Assembly: GCA_050084985.1 (NCBI GenBank)
Contig: JBITNC010000001.1
Location: forward strand, 155,310,001 to 155,374,000
Direction of reading: 5' to 3'
Length of the DNA: 64,000 bases
From: Nageia nagi
Lineage: Eukaryota > Plantae > Pinophyta
Shown here: piece by piece, positions 39,401-53,199 of the stretch
Layout of the letters: each line of letters begins with the position of its first letter
Position numbering within the stretch: the stretch's first letter is position 1
Notes under the pieces: generated by a model
What the model was told of the DNA's origin: nothing
The model's input: only the letters and a program-made list of their open reading frames with translations
Databases searched by the model: none
Translations under genes and position numbers: made by a program

Positions 39401-40390
39401 TATGGAGTAGAGCATCGTAGCAAAACTAGCATGAATATTCTTCTTTTTTATAATTTTTTACATTTTCATTATTTTTTATTTTTTTTCTCTCTTTTCTTTT
39501 TGTAGCAATCAACTCCTTTATGACCTTGGATGCGATAATAGTTACAATTACCATCAAAATTTTCTTTAGAATAAAGATTATTTACTTTATCTTTTCCATC
39601 TTTTTACTTGAAGTGGTTGTTGTTACCATTGTTCCTACTATTATGGTTATTATTTCTATTATTTTTATTATTATTGTAGCCATTACCTATTTTCTCAAAT
39701 CTTTTGAAAGAAGAAGGACAAGATTTCTTTTGATTATTGAACTTCTCCTTAAAAGGAGTTTTGGTTGCTCTAAGAGCAACGTTATTATCCTTAGGAGAAG
39801 AAATCAACATCTTATGGTTAAAAGTTTTCTCATGCTTCAATAGATGCCTAAAAAAATTCTCAAAAAAAAAAACTTCTTCTTCATCAAACCTTATTTTAAT
39901 AACTATCATAAAGTCTTCAAACTTTGAAAAAAAAAATTGAAGAATGTTGAAGACTATGAACTCATCATTAATCCAATTACATTCATAAGCAACAAATTGA
40001 ATCCTTAGGTTAATGATTTTATTTAAGTAGATAACCATATTTTCATCTTCCTTTTAACGAGTTTGAAGTAACTTTTGAAGAATAGTAAACCTTCTTAAAA
40101 AAATTTAACCAATGTAGATTTGCTTAAGCTTATCACAAGCTTTCTTTATCGAGATTGAAGAGGAAATTATCAAGAGCACAACATCTAAAATTGCACGATA
40201 AATCATGGAGGTTGCCAACTCATTATTCATTTTGTAAGCCTCTAGTTCCTTCTCATCTACAGGAGGTACAAGGTTCTCATTCGTTATTTACCAAAGCTTC
40301 TTTGCCTACAATTCAGCTCTCATTCAAGATTTTCAAATTTCAAAGTTAGAATCATCAAGAATGTGTTTAAGTAAAAAAGATTCTCTCATT
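36440..40390 (-). pseudogene. Copia gag-pol pseudogene
   Basis: gag-like ORF 39604-40038. Protease: DWIVDSNYTNHF. Integrase: YILTFIDNFSK...LRLNNG. RT: ILFYVNDLLI. RNase H: KHIEIYVHFIRK. Many stops. Confidence 0.9.
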
Positions 40391-41259
40391 TGTTACATAA
40401 GAATGTGAAAAATAATAAGCATGTGATTAACAACATTATATGTTAAGTTTTAACCAAGTAAAAAATACATATTAATTTTAACACAAAAGACATGCATGAT
40501 TTGATTCATAAGTGCAAATGTTTTACAACTCAAATAATTCATGTACCCAAATGCATTTCTCATCTCAAGAACCATAGATGTAGAGTGACATTGTTGAAGC
40601 TTATTTTCTTATCTAAGATTAGGCCTTCATCTAGTTGTCCAAACAAAAGGAGCTCAAGTACTACTAATCCTCAACCAGTTCACCTTAGTCGATTTTATAC
40701 TCTCACAAGAAGTAACTACTATTTTTCAAAGTTATGATATTTATTGAATCAATCAAATTATTAATCTTGATTAAGTTTCAAGTTATCCTCTTAGGTTATT
40801 AAGATAATCTCTAAATGGATGTGTAGATATGTGATATCACTACACACATGCATGTCCACCTATTGGAGTTATGTTCAAACCAACAAAGGACTTAAGGGTA
40901 ATTAAGAAGTACAAACTTTTCACCATTTGAATTATCGAACTTAAAGGATCCAATCGGCCTGTTCTCATCTCATGGCTCTCTAAACAAGTTATGTTATGAA
41001 ATGTACGTGCAGATGTGTTCATTTTTAAGAGGTTGCTCATATCAATGTTTGCATTTTTGTTTGTATAAACAAATAAATCAAAAAATGAAACATGAAGTAA
41101 AAGAGCATAAGTAAAACATCATCCATTCAAAAATTTGAGACTTAAGTGTCCAATGGATTTTATTTACCAACCCATAAAGGATATCTTTTACATCATTCTT
41201 AATTTGCACAAATCCATTCTTGTATAAAGAAGTAAATTGTATCATAACTTAAATTTTTA

Positions 41260-41720
41260 AATATTAAACATGCATCATTCCATAGCTTAAAATTTGAAAA
41301 AAGTATGCATGATTTCATAGCTTAAAATTTTTAAGAAAGCATGCATTATTTCCTACATAAGAATTAGTTCATTCATAAAGACTTTTGATGCAAATACTTA
41401 AGAGGCATAAACATGCATTATTTCTTAAATTTGCATAAGTCTATCTATCACTTTACAATATAAATACTTAACATACATTATTTAACTTAACGAATAAGGA
41501 GCATGCATTATCCTATTGATTTGCATAAGAATCCATCTTTGCAATATAAGTACTTAGCATTTAGCATGCATTATTTTCTTTTAAATCAAGGAGCATGCAT
41601 TATCCTATTTAATTTGCATAAGAATCTATCTTTGCAATATAAAAACTTAGTATTTAGCATGCATTATTTTAAAAAATAAAGGAGCATGCATTATCCTATT
41701 TAATTTGCATAAGTATCTAA
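41260..41720. repeat. Degenerate tandem repeats (about 90-bp units) in the copia leader
   Basis: AAGGAGCATGCATTATCCTATT...TTTGCATAAG recurs at about 41497, 41589 and 41679, with looser copies upstream. Confidence 0.8.
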
Positions 41721-44282
41721 AATTTCAAATAAAGGATTTTCAAAAAATTTCTCCTTCTTTTACTTAAAAATTGATTTTAAAATGTCTCCCCATTCAATAG
41801 ATACTAAAAATGCATTATTAGGTTACCTCAAAACTTTGACTAAAGAGATGCTAAAAAAATGCATTAGTATATTTAATAAGTACTAAAAAATTGCATTTTT
41901 ACCAATAGTTAATGTCAAAAAGCATCATCTTTTAAAATAATAATATTTCTCCTTTGCAAAGCAAAACCACTCCATAACCCACCAAAAAGCATCACCTTTT
42001 AAAATAATAATATTTCTCCTTTGCAAAGCAAAACCACTCCATAACCCACCAAATGAATATGACAAAAATAAAAGGTCAACCATGATTACCTTCAAAAACT
42101 TACTTTTTACTCCACTCAAGTCCGTTAACGTGGTAGAGGGAAAAATTAATTTGCAAGCTAACCAAAAAATACACCAATAGCTTAGAAAAAAGAGCCCCAA
42201 AAAGTAATTTTGCACATGGTTAAGAGGCACACTGCTCACAGGCGGAGGAGAGGAGATGGGTGGCCATACAGGGTAGAGGTGGAGTGGGTTGAAGTAGGGC
42301 CAGCAGAGCTGGGGTTGAGCCACATTTGGCAAAGGTGGTTGTGGCCATGTCAGGAGGAGTTGCGAAGGGTCAAGGTGGGAGTGGCTATGGTGGGCAACGA
42401 TGGGGGCAGCAGTGGGGAGGCCATAGCAGGTAGTGGTGGTGTGGCAAGCAGTTGTAATGGTGGAAGATACTGCAAAGAGGCAACGATGGTGCAGCAAGTG
42501 ACCGTGATGGGAGGGGGTGGTTGTGGGCTATGATAGGAGGGGGTGGGCGGGTGGCTGCAGCAGGTGGTAGAGGGAGAGGCCACGCAGGCAATGGTAGCGG
42601 TGGTTGCAACAGGTGGCAAGGGGAGTAACCGTAGGGAGGTGGTGGTGGGAGTAGCCGCAAGGAGGAGCAGTGGTGGTGTGGTGGGGTGTCCACAAGTAGG
42701 CGATGAAGTAGGGCCGCACGGAGAAGGGAGGAGCGGAGGGCTAGCAGCAGCCCTGTCAGCCATTGCCACAGCTGCCAGACAGTTGTAAATTTTTATTATT
42801 TTTTTATTTTTTTAAATTATTTATTTATTTATTTTAAAAAATGCCTCTTTATTGTAAAAAAAATTGAAACCCCTCCTTTTTTAATGTTTTTGGAAAAAAA
42901 AAAGAAACATTAAAAAATTCATCTTAAAAAAAATTAGTCTCCAAACATAAATAAATTGCATCATACATTTTTTAATTAAATTATATAATGTGTAATATTA
43001 CAAAGGTAATACTACTTTGTAATATTACAAAATATGCTTAAGTAACCCCTCAAGAAAATTGTAGCAATTTAAAAAAAAAAAATTGCAAGTATTAATAGGA
43101 GGTTAGCATAAACTAAAAAATTGCAATTTTGTTAGCCATAATATGTTCAAAAGAACTAACATGTCGCAAATAATATGTTAGTAGCATGATGCAAAAAAAA
43201 ATAACTAAGAGGGAAGGAATTTATACCTTCTCTTAGTTTTACCTCAATAATGAATTGAAAAGATGAGGTGTAGAATGAGTAATGAAGATCACCAAGTTGT
43301 AAAAGAGGAGCCACCACACCAAGTTGAAAAGAAGCTTCCAAACCAAGAAGAAGAGCTACCATACCAAGCTCTGATACCAAATGAGAGAATTGAAGTATAA
43401 ACTAAACAATCATAAACTCCCAAGATCATATGAAAGCTTACAATACGCATCTAACAAACTCACAAAGCAATCTCACAAAGATAACACAAGATGTAAGTGG
43501 TTCCTTCAATTAGGAGTACATCCACTAACTAGATCTCTCTTCTTAACAAATATGAACTCTTACAATCCTTCTAATCTTTTCTCTTAAACACTATCCTATA
43601 ACATAACTTTACTCCACAAATTGGTGTGTGATCACAAAGAAGGAGCCTTCTATTTATAAGCCAAAATCCCTCTTTAGATCACCCTTTATCCAATGTACAA
43701 AAGCATGACATGCACATCCTTTTATCCAAGAGGCATGCTCATGAATAGAGTGTAGGATAAGTAATATTATCATATTCACTTAAATACTTAGGGTATCAAA
43801 TGATACCCTTAAGTATTAGAGAACTTACATATAAAATTATTACAAAACCTTAACAATAATGCATTATACATTCCAACAACCCATGTGGTCTTGCAACTTA
43901 GCCACAACGTCAAAACCCACCTGCTCAAATGTGTCCCACGAGTCAAATTATGCATGCAGACTCACAAGGTCCCTCTGTTCCTCTACCAGCTCAAATTGAA
44001 TTTGTTCCTTAGGGATCAATAGTCCAAGAATTTCCCAAGTTTTTTATGTGGTCAGGCCCCTCTTATTTGTCTGTTGCTTCCACACCACCTTTTGCATGAC
44101 TAGGAGAGGAATCTTCTGGTATACATGTTAGGCATTCACGAAGATCTTCTAGAGGTGGTACTGAGGCACTTGTTGAAAAACATCATCAAGTGGATACGGT
44201 GCATCAAAGTAACCCCTTCTCTACCCTGCATGCCCTAGAAAATAGTGAATGTCATGTAAGTTCAAAACCCTAACATGTCTCG

Positions 44283-47200
44283 ATGAATTATTTATCTTGG
44301 AATGTGAGGGGATTATCGAACCATCTCGTAAATATACGATCCGTACAGAGATTGATGATCTCGATCTCCTTTTTAGTAAAGTTGATTTTGTCTATTTGCA
44401 AGAAGTCAAGATTTTTTATTTTTTACTTCAATGTACCTACAAGTTTCTTTGGGCGAGTGGACCCTTTTTCCTTCCAATCATGTGGCTAGCTCTGGGGATA
44501 CTGTCATTTTTATTTCCCCGAAGTGTCACTCCAATGTCATTTCGTGGGGTGTGGATCCCTCAAACCTAGTTGTTTGGGTTTTGTTTGAGATTTTGGGAAG
44601 ACCTTTGGTATTGTTAATGTTTATGCTTCAAATAATGCTCATGAACGTACGACTTTGTGGAATTGGCTTGCCTTCTCTCTACCTTTTGCCACTTAGGTGG
44701 TCTGTGGAGATTTTAGTATGGTAGAGAAACCCTTTGACAAGGAAGGTCTTAACCCCATGCGATGGTGTCTTAAGGGAAAGAGAAGCTTAGTTTTTCTTTA
44801 AAAATAAGCTTAGTTTATATGATCCCAATTCATGCTTTACCTATATAGATTTTCCTGATGCTTAATGGTTCACTTGGTTCAATATGTAGAGTGATGATTC
44901 GAGGGTTATTAAAAGGCTGGACAAGGATATGCTCTCTAAAAGTGATTTGTTTCATTTTGAACGCCATAATCTAGCTCTCTCCTTTGTTTCTATTATTCCT
45001 GGTACTACCCTATCTGATCATGCTCCTATTTTCTTCAACACTCACCATTATCAATTTTTTATCCGAACCTTCAAGTCCCAATGGTACTTGAACATGTCCT
45101 TTTTAGATTATGAGTCCATGCAAGCCCATATTCATCGTATTTGGAATTTAATCCCTTATCTGTCTAAAGAGTGGGGCTAGATTCATTGGTGAAATGGTGC
45201 CATATCTAGAACTACCAAAGTTCTCTAAACTCTTGGAGTTGATTTTGCAAAGAGGCATCAGAAATCCAACTCTGCTTTAAGAACTGAGCTTATTAGAACT
45301 TCTAAAATACTAGAGAAGAATCCCTTCAACCACTCTGCTCAAGCTCAGGTTGTTGCTCTTCGTCATGAGATAAAGAAAGTTCATCTTTACGAAGCCAAAG
45401 GGGCTCAACTCAAAGTTGGGGATAGAGTTACCAAGGATTTTTTCAAAAGACTAAGGCCTCCTATTCATACCACCTAATTTCAAGCCTTGAAATCGAATGA
45501 TGATAGATTGACCTATTTTTTTAATATTGTTCAAGTCTTTGTTACTCATTACCAAGGTGTTTTTTCTTCTCAACCCTTTATTGATGCTCGCTAACAGGCT
45601 ATGAATAAATGTTGCAATGTCATACCTCTTGTTCAAGCCTTTGTTACTCACTACCATGGTGTTGATAGAGGGACTATTGTGATTCTCCTCTCACCTTGAT
45701 GATCTTTAAGTCTGCTTTGGCTCAAATGGCTAATGATAAAGCCCCAAGTATTGATGGCTTTCCCTGTGAATTCTATCGAACCTTCTAGGATATGGTAGGG
45801 CCTGACCTTCTTCATGTCTATAAAGAAGCCCTATTGTTGGGGTCTCTAGGAGAAATCATCAACAAATGAAATATCAAGTTCATACCCAAAGTGGGGGATC
45901 CTAAAGTGATTCCCAACTAGAGGCCAATCACTTTGTTGAATGTCAACTATAAAATCATTGCCAAAGCTATGGCTCTTAAACTTTGACCAATTATGCCTCT
46001 CATTATTCAACCAGAGCAAATAGGATTTGTTAAAGGAAGGTATATTCTAGATAATGTCATTGTAGTTTGGGAAGGTATGGAGTGAGCTCAAAAGTTTGAT
46101 CAAGAGGCTTTATTCATTAAAATTGATTTTGAAAAAACTTATGATAGGATTGAGTGGAATTTCATTCTTTCTATGTTGAAGGCCCTTAGGTTTGGGCCTT
46201 TTTTCTATACTCTGTTCAAATGTTATTCTAAGATGCTTTTGCTATCCTTACAATGAATGGATCCCAATCCCAAGCTATCACTCTAGCTCGTTCTGTTTGA
46301 CAAGAGTGTCCCTTGGCTCTATCCTTTTTTATTATGGTTACTAAAGGCTTCAATTATCTTCTAGCCCATCAGGCTTCTCATTATCCTTGGAAGTGGATCC
46401 AATCGAGTGAGACCTTCAAATTTCTTGGGATTCCCTTTGCCTTTTAGGATTCCCCTACTCATCTTTGGAATGATGTTCAAAAAGTGGCGAAGAAACTGGA
46501 ATATTGGTCCACTAAAAAGCTCTCTCTAGCAGGGAAGTTTCAAGTCTGCTCTAAAATTCTAGCTTCTACTCGTGCATTATTCTGCTTGATAGATTATTGA
46601 GGGGTTTTATCTAGGCCTTAGATGTGCACAAAAAAGGATTTCATAGAGTAGCTTGGGATATTTGTTGCCTCCCTAAGGCAGATGGAGGCATGGGGCTTTT
46701 CAATTGTAATCATCAAGGTTTTGCTTTGTGTGCTAAATGGATCCTGCGAGCATTAGAAGGTAATGAAGCATGGAAAATTATTTTTCAACATTTCCTATCT
46801 ATGAGCCTCTCCTTTGACAAAAGGGCATGGAAAGATTTAAACTTGCAGATTTTTCTCACTGCTCTTGTTCCTTTCAAGATATTAGGCTCTTTTGTTGCCA
46901 AAAGTATATGGAAGGCTTGGGAAGCCTTGAAACCTTGGCTCAGATGGCAAGGGAATGGCAGAGGCTCCATAGCATCTTGTTCTTCTCTTAACTTGTGGTG
47001 GTCTTCAGCTATTACCCATGACAACACTTCTTTAGCACAAGTTCAATGGATTCATGCTCGTAGATTTCATAGGAAAGGAATGGACTCTTTCTAAGATCTT
47101 TATGATGTTCAGACAAAGAGCTAGCATATTTAAGACAAATTTAGAAATTTATATGGCCTATACTCTGATGATAAATCTACTTTTGAATTCTTGATTGAGA

Positions 47201-47871
47201 AAACCTCCTCTATTTGGGTTCGTTTTGGCAAAGTTTTTCAGACTTCTTACTGGGCAGACTAGGTTTGGCCTAAGAATGTTCATTTGCTCAAGTATAAACC
47301 TCATCTTGGACACTCTTGGCTTTCACCTTATGTTCCCATGGTTGAAGTTTTGAATAATAGATGGGATCTTGTTTCACCTCAATCTAGGTGGCAGTTACAT
47401 TTTTCTACTATTTGGAAATCTTATATTGAACCTAAGCATAGTTTTTTTGCTTGGATTTTTTTGCATCAGGGTCTGCTTATTGATATCCATAGGGTTTATT
47501 TGGGGGCCCATAATCCTACTTGTGCTTTTTGCAATTCCTATGAAGATTTCATACATGTTTTCTAATTTTGTTTAAAAGCGAACGCTGCATGGGATTGGAT
47601 CTTATTCTTTTTTAATTAATTCATTGCTATGCCTTGTTCTTGGGTTCATGCCCTCCTAGGTGATCCTCTACATTTTTTAGAACCCTTACAAGAAGTGTGG
47701 CACATCTTTCATACTACTATTTTGTTTCATTTATGGAAGAGCATAAATAACATTATTTTTGGCAGAGAGGAAACTTCTGTTTCTTTTTCCCTTTCTGATA
47801 AGTATACCATATTATATGATACATGGTTGCAGATCATTGTTCAAGTGAAGAAGGTAAATATGAAGGTTTAA
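44283..47871 (+). pseudogene. LINE ORF2 pseudogene (endonuclease, RT, zf-RVT)
   Basis: Endonuclease: MNYLSWNVRGL, LQEVK, NVYA, GDFS, SDHAPI. RT: KAPSIDGFPCEFY, RPITLLNVNYKIIAK, KIDFEKTYDRIEW, TFKFLGIP. zf-RVT: IWKSYIEPK...CAFC. The FADD segment is missing (deletion near 46380). Confidence 0.92.
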
Positions 47872-48218
47872 CACTTACGAAACATGCTGGAATTCTAGGC
47901 CAATGCCCCATGTGCCACCAAAAGGCTTCCTCCTAATCAGCCCCCTTAGCATCAACAGAATCCTCAATGACGTGTTTTAGGTGGTAGGAGACGCCCCCAA
48001 GATTGGAGTTCTCCTCGACCCCAACCTCCTTCGCCTTCTTCGCTGCCTGTGAGTCATTGGTCCCAGCCACCTCCGAACCCTAAGAGGCCTCACCCTGAAG
48101 TTCCTTCTTCCTCTCATGCTCAGTCTAGATGGGATGTGCGACCAAGTGTTTCTCCCCCGATGGTAGGATGAGGTGTTGACTCTCCTCCGCAACTACAATG
48201 CAGTTGGGGAGCTATGTC

Positions 48219-49216
48219 GGCAATGATTGTGCTAGGTCATGCAATGAATCCATGAAACAAGGTAATCAAGTTTGGTTTATTGATAATGGTTTCTCTAACC
48301 ATATGTAAAATTCTAAGGATGGATGAGGAACAAACTTGATAATGGCTACATCTCTCAAGTGCATTTAGGAGATGGGAAAATGGTTCAAGTGATGGAAAAA
48401 AGAGAAATATACTAATTGGTTATAAGCAAGGTAAGGGACCCATCAATGATGTTTACCATCATTTTAATATAAAGCATAACTTGATTAGTATGGGTTACCT
48501 TGTTGAAAAATTCTTCAAACTAGTATTTGAAAATAAGGAGTGTCTCATCTTTGATAAGAGAAAACAAGCTAATTGCCACATCTTCTATGATGAAGAATAG
48601 AATGTTTCTACCTAAACTCAACATGATAATTAGTAGCACATATTATGCTATAATTGAAGATTCAAGTTGGTTGTGGCATGAGAGATATGCTCACCTCAAC
48701 TTTGACGATCTTCACATTCTTCGTCAAAAGGAAATGTTACATGGGCTACCAAAAGTGAAAGTGAAGAGCATAGAACAAGTATGCAAGGGCTTCATACTTC
48801 AAAATAATCATAGGTAAAGGTTTCCTCTTATAAATTAGAGAGCAAGTCAACCATCAGAGTCGATGTTCCATTCTGACTTATGTGGAAATCTCTTGTATAA
48901 GTATTGGTAAGAGTATTTACTTCATCACTTTCATTGATGATGAAACTAGATATATTTGGATTTTATTTTTGAAGAGTAAAGATGATGAATTTTTTAGACT
49001 TCAAGACATTCAAAGCTATGTCTAATAATGATTGTTGAAAATCTATCAAAAGCTTGAGGATGGATAGAGGTGGAGAGTTTTTCTCCAAGGAGCTATTTTA
49101 CTATTGTTCATCTCATGGTATTAAAAGATAACTAACAACCCCTTATACACCACAAAACAATGGTGTAGCAAAGAAAAAGAATAGGACAATAGTTGGATCG
49201 ACAAGAAGAATGTTTG
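48219..49216 (+). mobile_element. Copia protease-integrase segment, a close copy of 29486-30510, inserted into the LINE
   Basis: Near-identical text to 29486-30510, with no LTR, PBS or PPT. Flanked by a duplicated LINE segment (47639-48222 and 49213-49789). Confidence 0.92.
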
Positions 49217-51001
49217 GGTTCATGCCCTCTTGGGTGATCCTATGCATTTTTCAGAACCCTTACAAGAAGTGTGGCACATCTTCCGTACTACTATTCTGTT
49301 TCATTTATGGAAGAGAAGAAATAACATTATTTTTGGCAAAGAGGAAGCTTTTGTTTCTTTTTCCTTTCTAATAAGTATGCCATATTATATGATACCTAGT
49401 TGCATATCATTATTCAAATGGAGAAGGTAAATATGGAGGTTCAACACTTACGGAACATGCTGAACTTTTGGGCCAATGCCCCCTATGCCACTAGCAGGCT
49501 TCCTCCTGATCGGCCCCCTCAACATCAACAAAATCCTCGATGATGTGTTTCGGGTGGTAGGAAATGCCCCGAAGGTTCTCCTCGACGCCATCCTCCTTCG
49601 CCTTCATCACCACCTATGCGTCATTGGTCCCAACTGCCTTTGAATCCTAAGAGGCCTTGTCCTGATGTTCCTTCTTCCTTCCATGCTCAATCTAGATGCA
49701 ATGTGCGACCAAGTGTTTCTCCCTCGATGGTAGGATGAGGTGTTGACTCTCCTCCGCAACCACAATGCAATTGGGGAGCTATGTTGGCACCAGGTGATTT
49801 ACTAATTCCTCAATCTCTTGCTCCTGCTTACTTAGTGCATGTCCCAACTAGCGCTAATCCAGGATAATGACGCTTGGAGTGACAATGATAGTGCTAACCA
49901 TGGTTGGGCTTATTTGGGTCAAACAAACAACTTTTGTCCTCCTGATAAACCTGAAACTGATTAGTTCGATGCTTGATGTTTGTATTACTCCATAAGGTGT
50001 TTTTGGACTATGGTTTCCTTTTTTTGTTGTGTTTGGGGCTTTTTGAGAACTTTGATTCCTAACTACTATAGTTAGTTATTTGGATACAAGGTTTCCTACT
50101 CTTCTTTATTAAACTCTCCATCCTTAAAAAATGTTATTTGGATACTCAGCAAGTTGAATAAATTTCCTCAAAATTCATTTATCTATGGTGGTGATGGGTG
50201 TTTTGGTAACTCTCTTAATGCTTTTATGATACTTGATTGCTTGTACTTTGGAGAACACTTCGTCAATCATAGGCAAAAATCATGTTTGCAAGATCATGGT
50301 CTTCAAAACTCAATACATACTATCTTTCCCAAATACAAATTTGAGCAGTTGTAGAAGAGTTGCATAACCCCTTTATGCCCATTGTTGCAGTAGGATTCAT
50401 TGATTGTGATCAACCACCTGATAAGTTTCAAGAATATCAGTCGATAACTCAAGCAAGCAACTGAAACGGAGGGAAATGACTCACATGCTTGGACTAAGCC
50501 TCTCATACCACCCTTGCACCCTTTAAAAACATTCAAAAGGACTGGATATTTCATATGTATTCCTTATCAACTCATTTATTCTTTAGTATTTCCAAAAGTT
50601 ATTACATGAACCTTAAAAAAGGAGGAACTTACTATCCTCCTTTGCGATGTATTGATAACACTCTTTCACATCAATACAAACACAAAGCATTTATGTTCTA
50701 TATGCCATGATTACTAATTAATATTTCATCTCCAATACATTTTTTTTATGTTTCTGCATGTATGTGCTCATTTTCCATGATCACTTGCAAAAAGAAATTA
50801 TGTGTGTTCCTTGTGCATGTATATGAACTTAAATTGATATGATTTTTTTTTCATTGTCTAAACCATAATGTTAAAGAAACATCTGTTCTCTTGATGATCA
50901 GTGGTATCATATTTATAATCTTGCAATAGTTCTTCACTTTATAACTTACATATAGTAATTAAATATTATAAGTAAATACTTCTTTCCAGCTCTGTTTAGA
51001 C

Positions 51002-51363
51002 CATAGTTACCAGGTTTGGTTCGTTCGGTTCGAATGGAAGATAAGAAAAGTTCAGAATTTTGAAAAATGTCTGGTTTGGTTCGAAAATATACAAAAAATA
51101 TAAATAACTAAATATATAATTCAAGACATTAGAGATTCAAAATTTAAACGAAATGACTTGTAATTCAAGAATCACAACTCTTCAACCCCAAAAGCTTGCC
51201 ACCTTGCCCTTTTTCTTGGCTCTTCGTCCAACTTCTTCCATGATTTAGGGCACATTTCACTATTCAACATTTCCTGCCAAAACTGGAGAGCGTCATGGCC
51301 GCACCAGACCGGTTCGGATTGATTTTTTCAGATGTTTGGGTTTGGCCGAACCTGGTAACTACA
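51002..51363. mobile_element. hAT-type MITE, 362 bp
   Basis: TIRs CATAGTTACCAGGTT / AACCTGGTAACTACA. Perfect 8-bp TSD GTTTAGAC at 50994-51001 and 51364-51371. Subterminal GGTTCG motifs. Confidence 0.9.
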
Positions 51364-52054
51364 GTTTAGACCATAGATGATCTAACCATTCTGAAACCAT
51401 ACAAACTGCAGACACTATGAAAGTTAGTCACACACATGCATGCAAATTAATCTTTTAACAACTTAATTTCCATTAAATTTCCATGTGTCCATTATTAAAA
51501 AGAAATGGAATCATTCAGTCCCTTTAGAGAAAATAGTATTATTTTCAATAAGGATAATAAATAAGGGAAGCAAATATTGAGATATATTGCTAGAAGATCA
51601 TAGATTCATCTCACAATTTTGTGTGATAATAATTGTACACTTTTATCAGTTTCACCATATTCCTGTGACAAGGATGTTATTGTCTCTCAACAAATATTAC
51701 CTTGAGCCAGAATCATTCACAACAAATATGAACCATTTTTCATCTATAAGGCATAAGATCCCTTTCAGGTATCCCCAGGAAATCATAAACTTACCAAAAA
51801 TAATTTACTGCTGTAAACATTTTCTATGCAAATGAACAGAACGGATACAATGAAATAAACTTTCATACTACAGATATTGTTCTATGTAACCTGCAATGCG
51901 GAATTGATACCTCTAGCTTCTAAAGTTGGATATGCTTTTCACATACAACTAACAAACAGCTTAAGAAACTTTGCTCAGAGTTAAAACTGAATTTTGGATA
52001 TATTAAAAGCATTACTTCTTACAAATAGGCTGTCATGATTAGCTCAAAATGTGA

Positions 52055-52162
<108 letters not shown>

Positions 52163-52249
52163 TCAACCCATAAGTAAATACAAATAGTATCTGTGCAGAA
52201 AGGCAAATACGTATAAGAAGCCCATGGATCAACTCGCTCAGCATCATAC

Positions 52250-52426
52250 CATTCCTGCAGCAGGTGGCATGCCATACTCGAGAGCTGTAAGGAAATCTTC
52301 ATCCAATGTAACTTCATAAGATCCATCATCTTTATCATTTTTCACATTTTCAGTGGTTAACTTTTCGGAAGTAAAAGCCTTCCTAGCCTCATTATGATGT
52401 TCTATTTGGGCTTCAAAACGTGCTCG
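52250..52426 (-). CDS. OVA5: Lysyl-tRNA synthetase, penultimate coding exon
   Basis: RARFEAQIEHHNE...YEVTLDEDFLTALEYGMPPAAGM. 177 bp, phase 0, canonical AG/GT. Confidence 0.95.
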
Positions 52427-52484
52427 CTGAATACACAGAAATGGGTATCAGGATATAAACAGGAAATTATTCTACAACACATTA

Positions 52485-52604
<120 letters not shown>

Positions 52605-52788
52605 TTAACCCAAATGATCAACAAAGACCAATGAGACAATTAAAATATGATGTGCAGTCTATGTTTCGGTGGTATTACTTACAAGAAAAACGAACAGAAA
52701 CAATGTACATAATAAATTAAGTACAACACAAAATACAAGAGTGCCAGATAAGTCAATCGTAGCAACAATTCCCTCAAAATGGAGATAC

Positions 52789-52883
52789 CTTCTATGTGGC
52801 TTGGCAAGTGGTGATATTTCAAGAGGGTAATCCATTACAAAAGTTGGTTGGAGCAATTTTTCCTCCACAATGCACTCAAAAAT
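52789..52883 (-). CDS. OVA5: Lysyl-tRNA synthetase internal exon (most upstream exon found in the window)
   Basis: [31 protein letters not shown]. 95 bp, canonical AG/GT. Confidence 0.95.
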
Positions 52884-53199
52884 CTGGTTGGCATTAGAAA
52901 CAAGATAATGCAAGAAAAATGTGAGCTTTGGTGGAAAAACTAAATCACCAATGAGATTGCTTACTATATATATTTGAAAAACAAGTGTTTAGCACAAACC
53001 TAGAAAAGAAGAAAATGAAATTCTGGTATTTAATTCAAGTTTCAGTTCATAAAAGGATTTAAAGTATTATCATTTAAATAGTATGAAGGATAAAAGTTTT
53101 CAGTTGTCTTACTTGCAGCTGTCTTGCAACCAATTGAAAGTTTGCACTTGTTGAGTTTGGAAGAAGAAAAAAGCTTACAATTTTAATCTTGTACCATAA

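Larger units (their letters stand above)
35210..43878 (-). mobile_element. Full-length degenerate Ty1/copia retrotransposon inserted in LINE ORF1
   Basis: LTRs 35210-35703 and 43382-43878. PBS (reverse complement GCTCTGATACCA) at 43368-43379; PPT (CTCCCCTTAA) at 35704. TSD ACCTA/ACCCA. Confidence 0.95.
34400..50131 (+). mobile_element. Near full-length degenerate L1-type LINE, interrupted by a copia element and a templated insertion
   Basis: ORF1 DUF4283-like region and zinc knuckle at 34433-35209, continuing after 43883. ORF2 starts at 44283. Short A-tail at about 50126-50131. The 5' boundary is approximate. Confidence 0.85.

Noticed and set aside
41925-42788. Pro/Thr- and Gly/Val-rich ORFs resembling extensin or glycine-rich proteins
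   Set aside because: Open in many frames on both strands because of GC skew, inside a copia leader, and with no SPPPP periodicity or signal peptide.
50418-50520. AG...GT-bounded 103-bp minus-strand segment, a possible 3' UTR exon of LysRS (ORF 50303-50554)
   Set aside because: Supported only by splice dinucleotides, with no recognisable protein similarity; needs RNA evidence.
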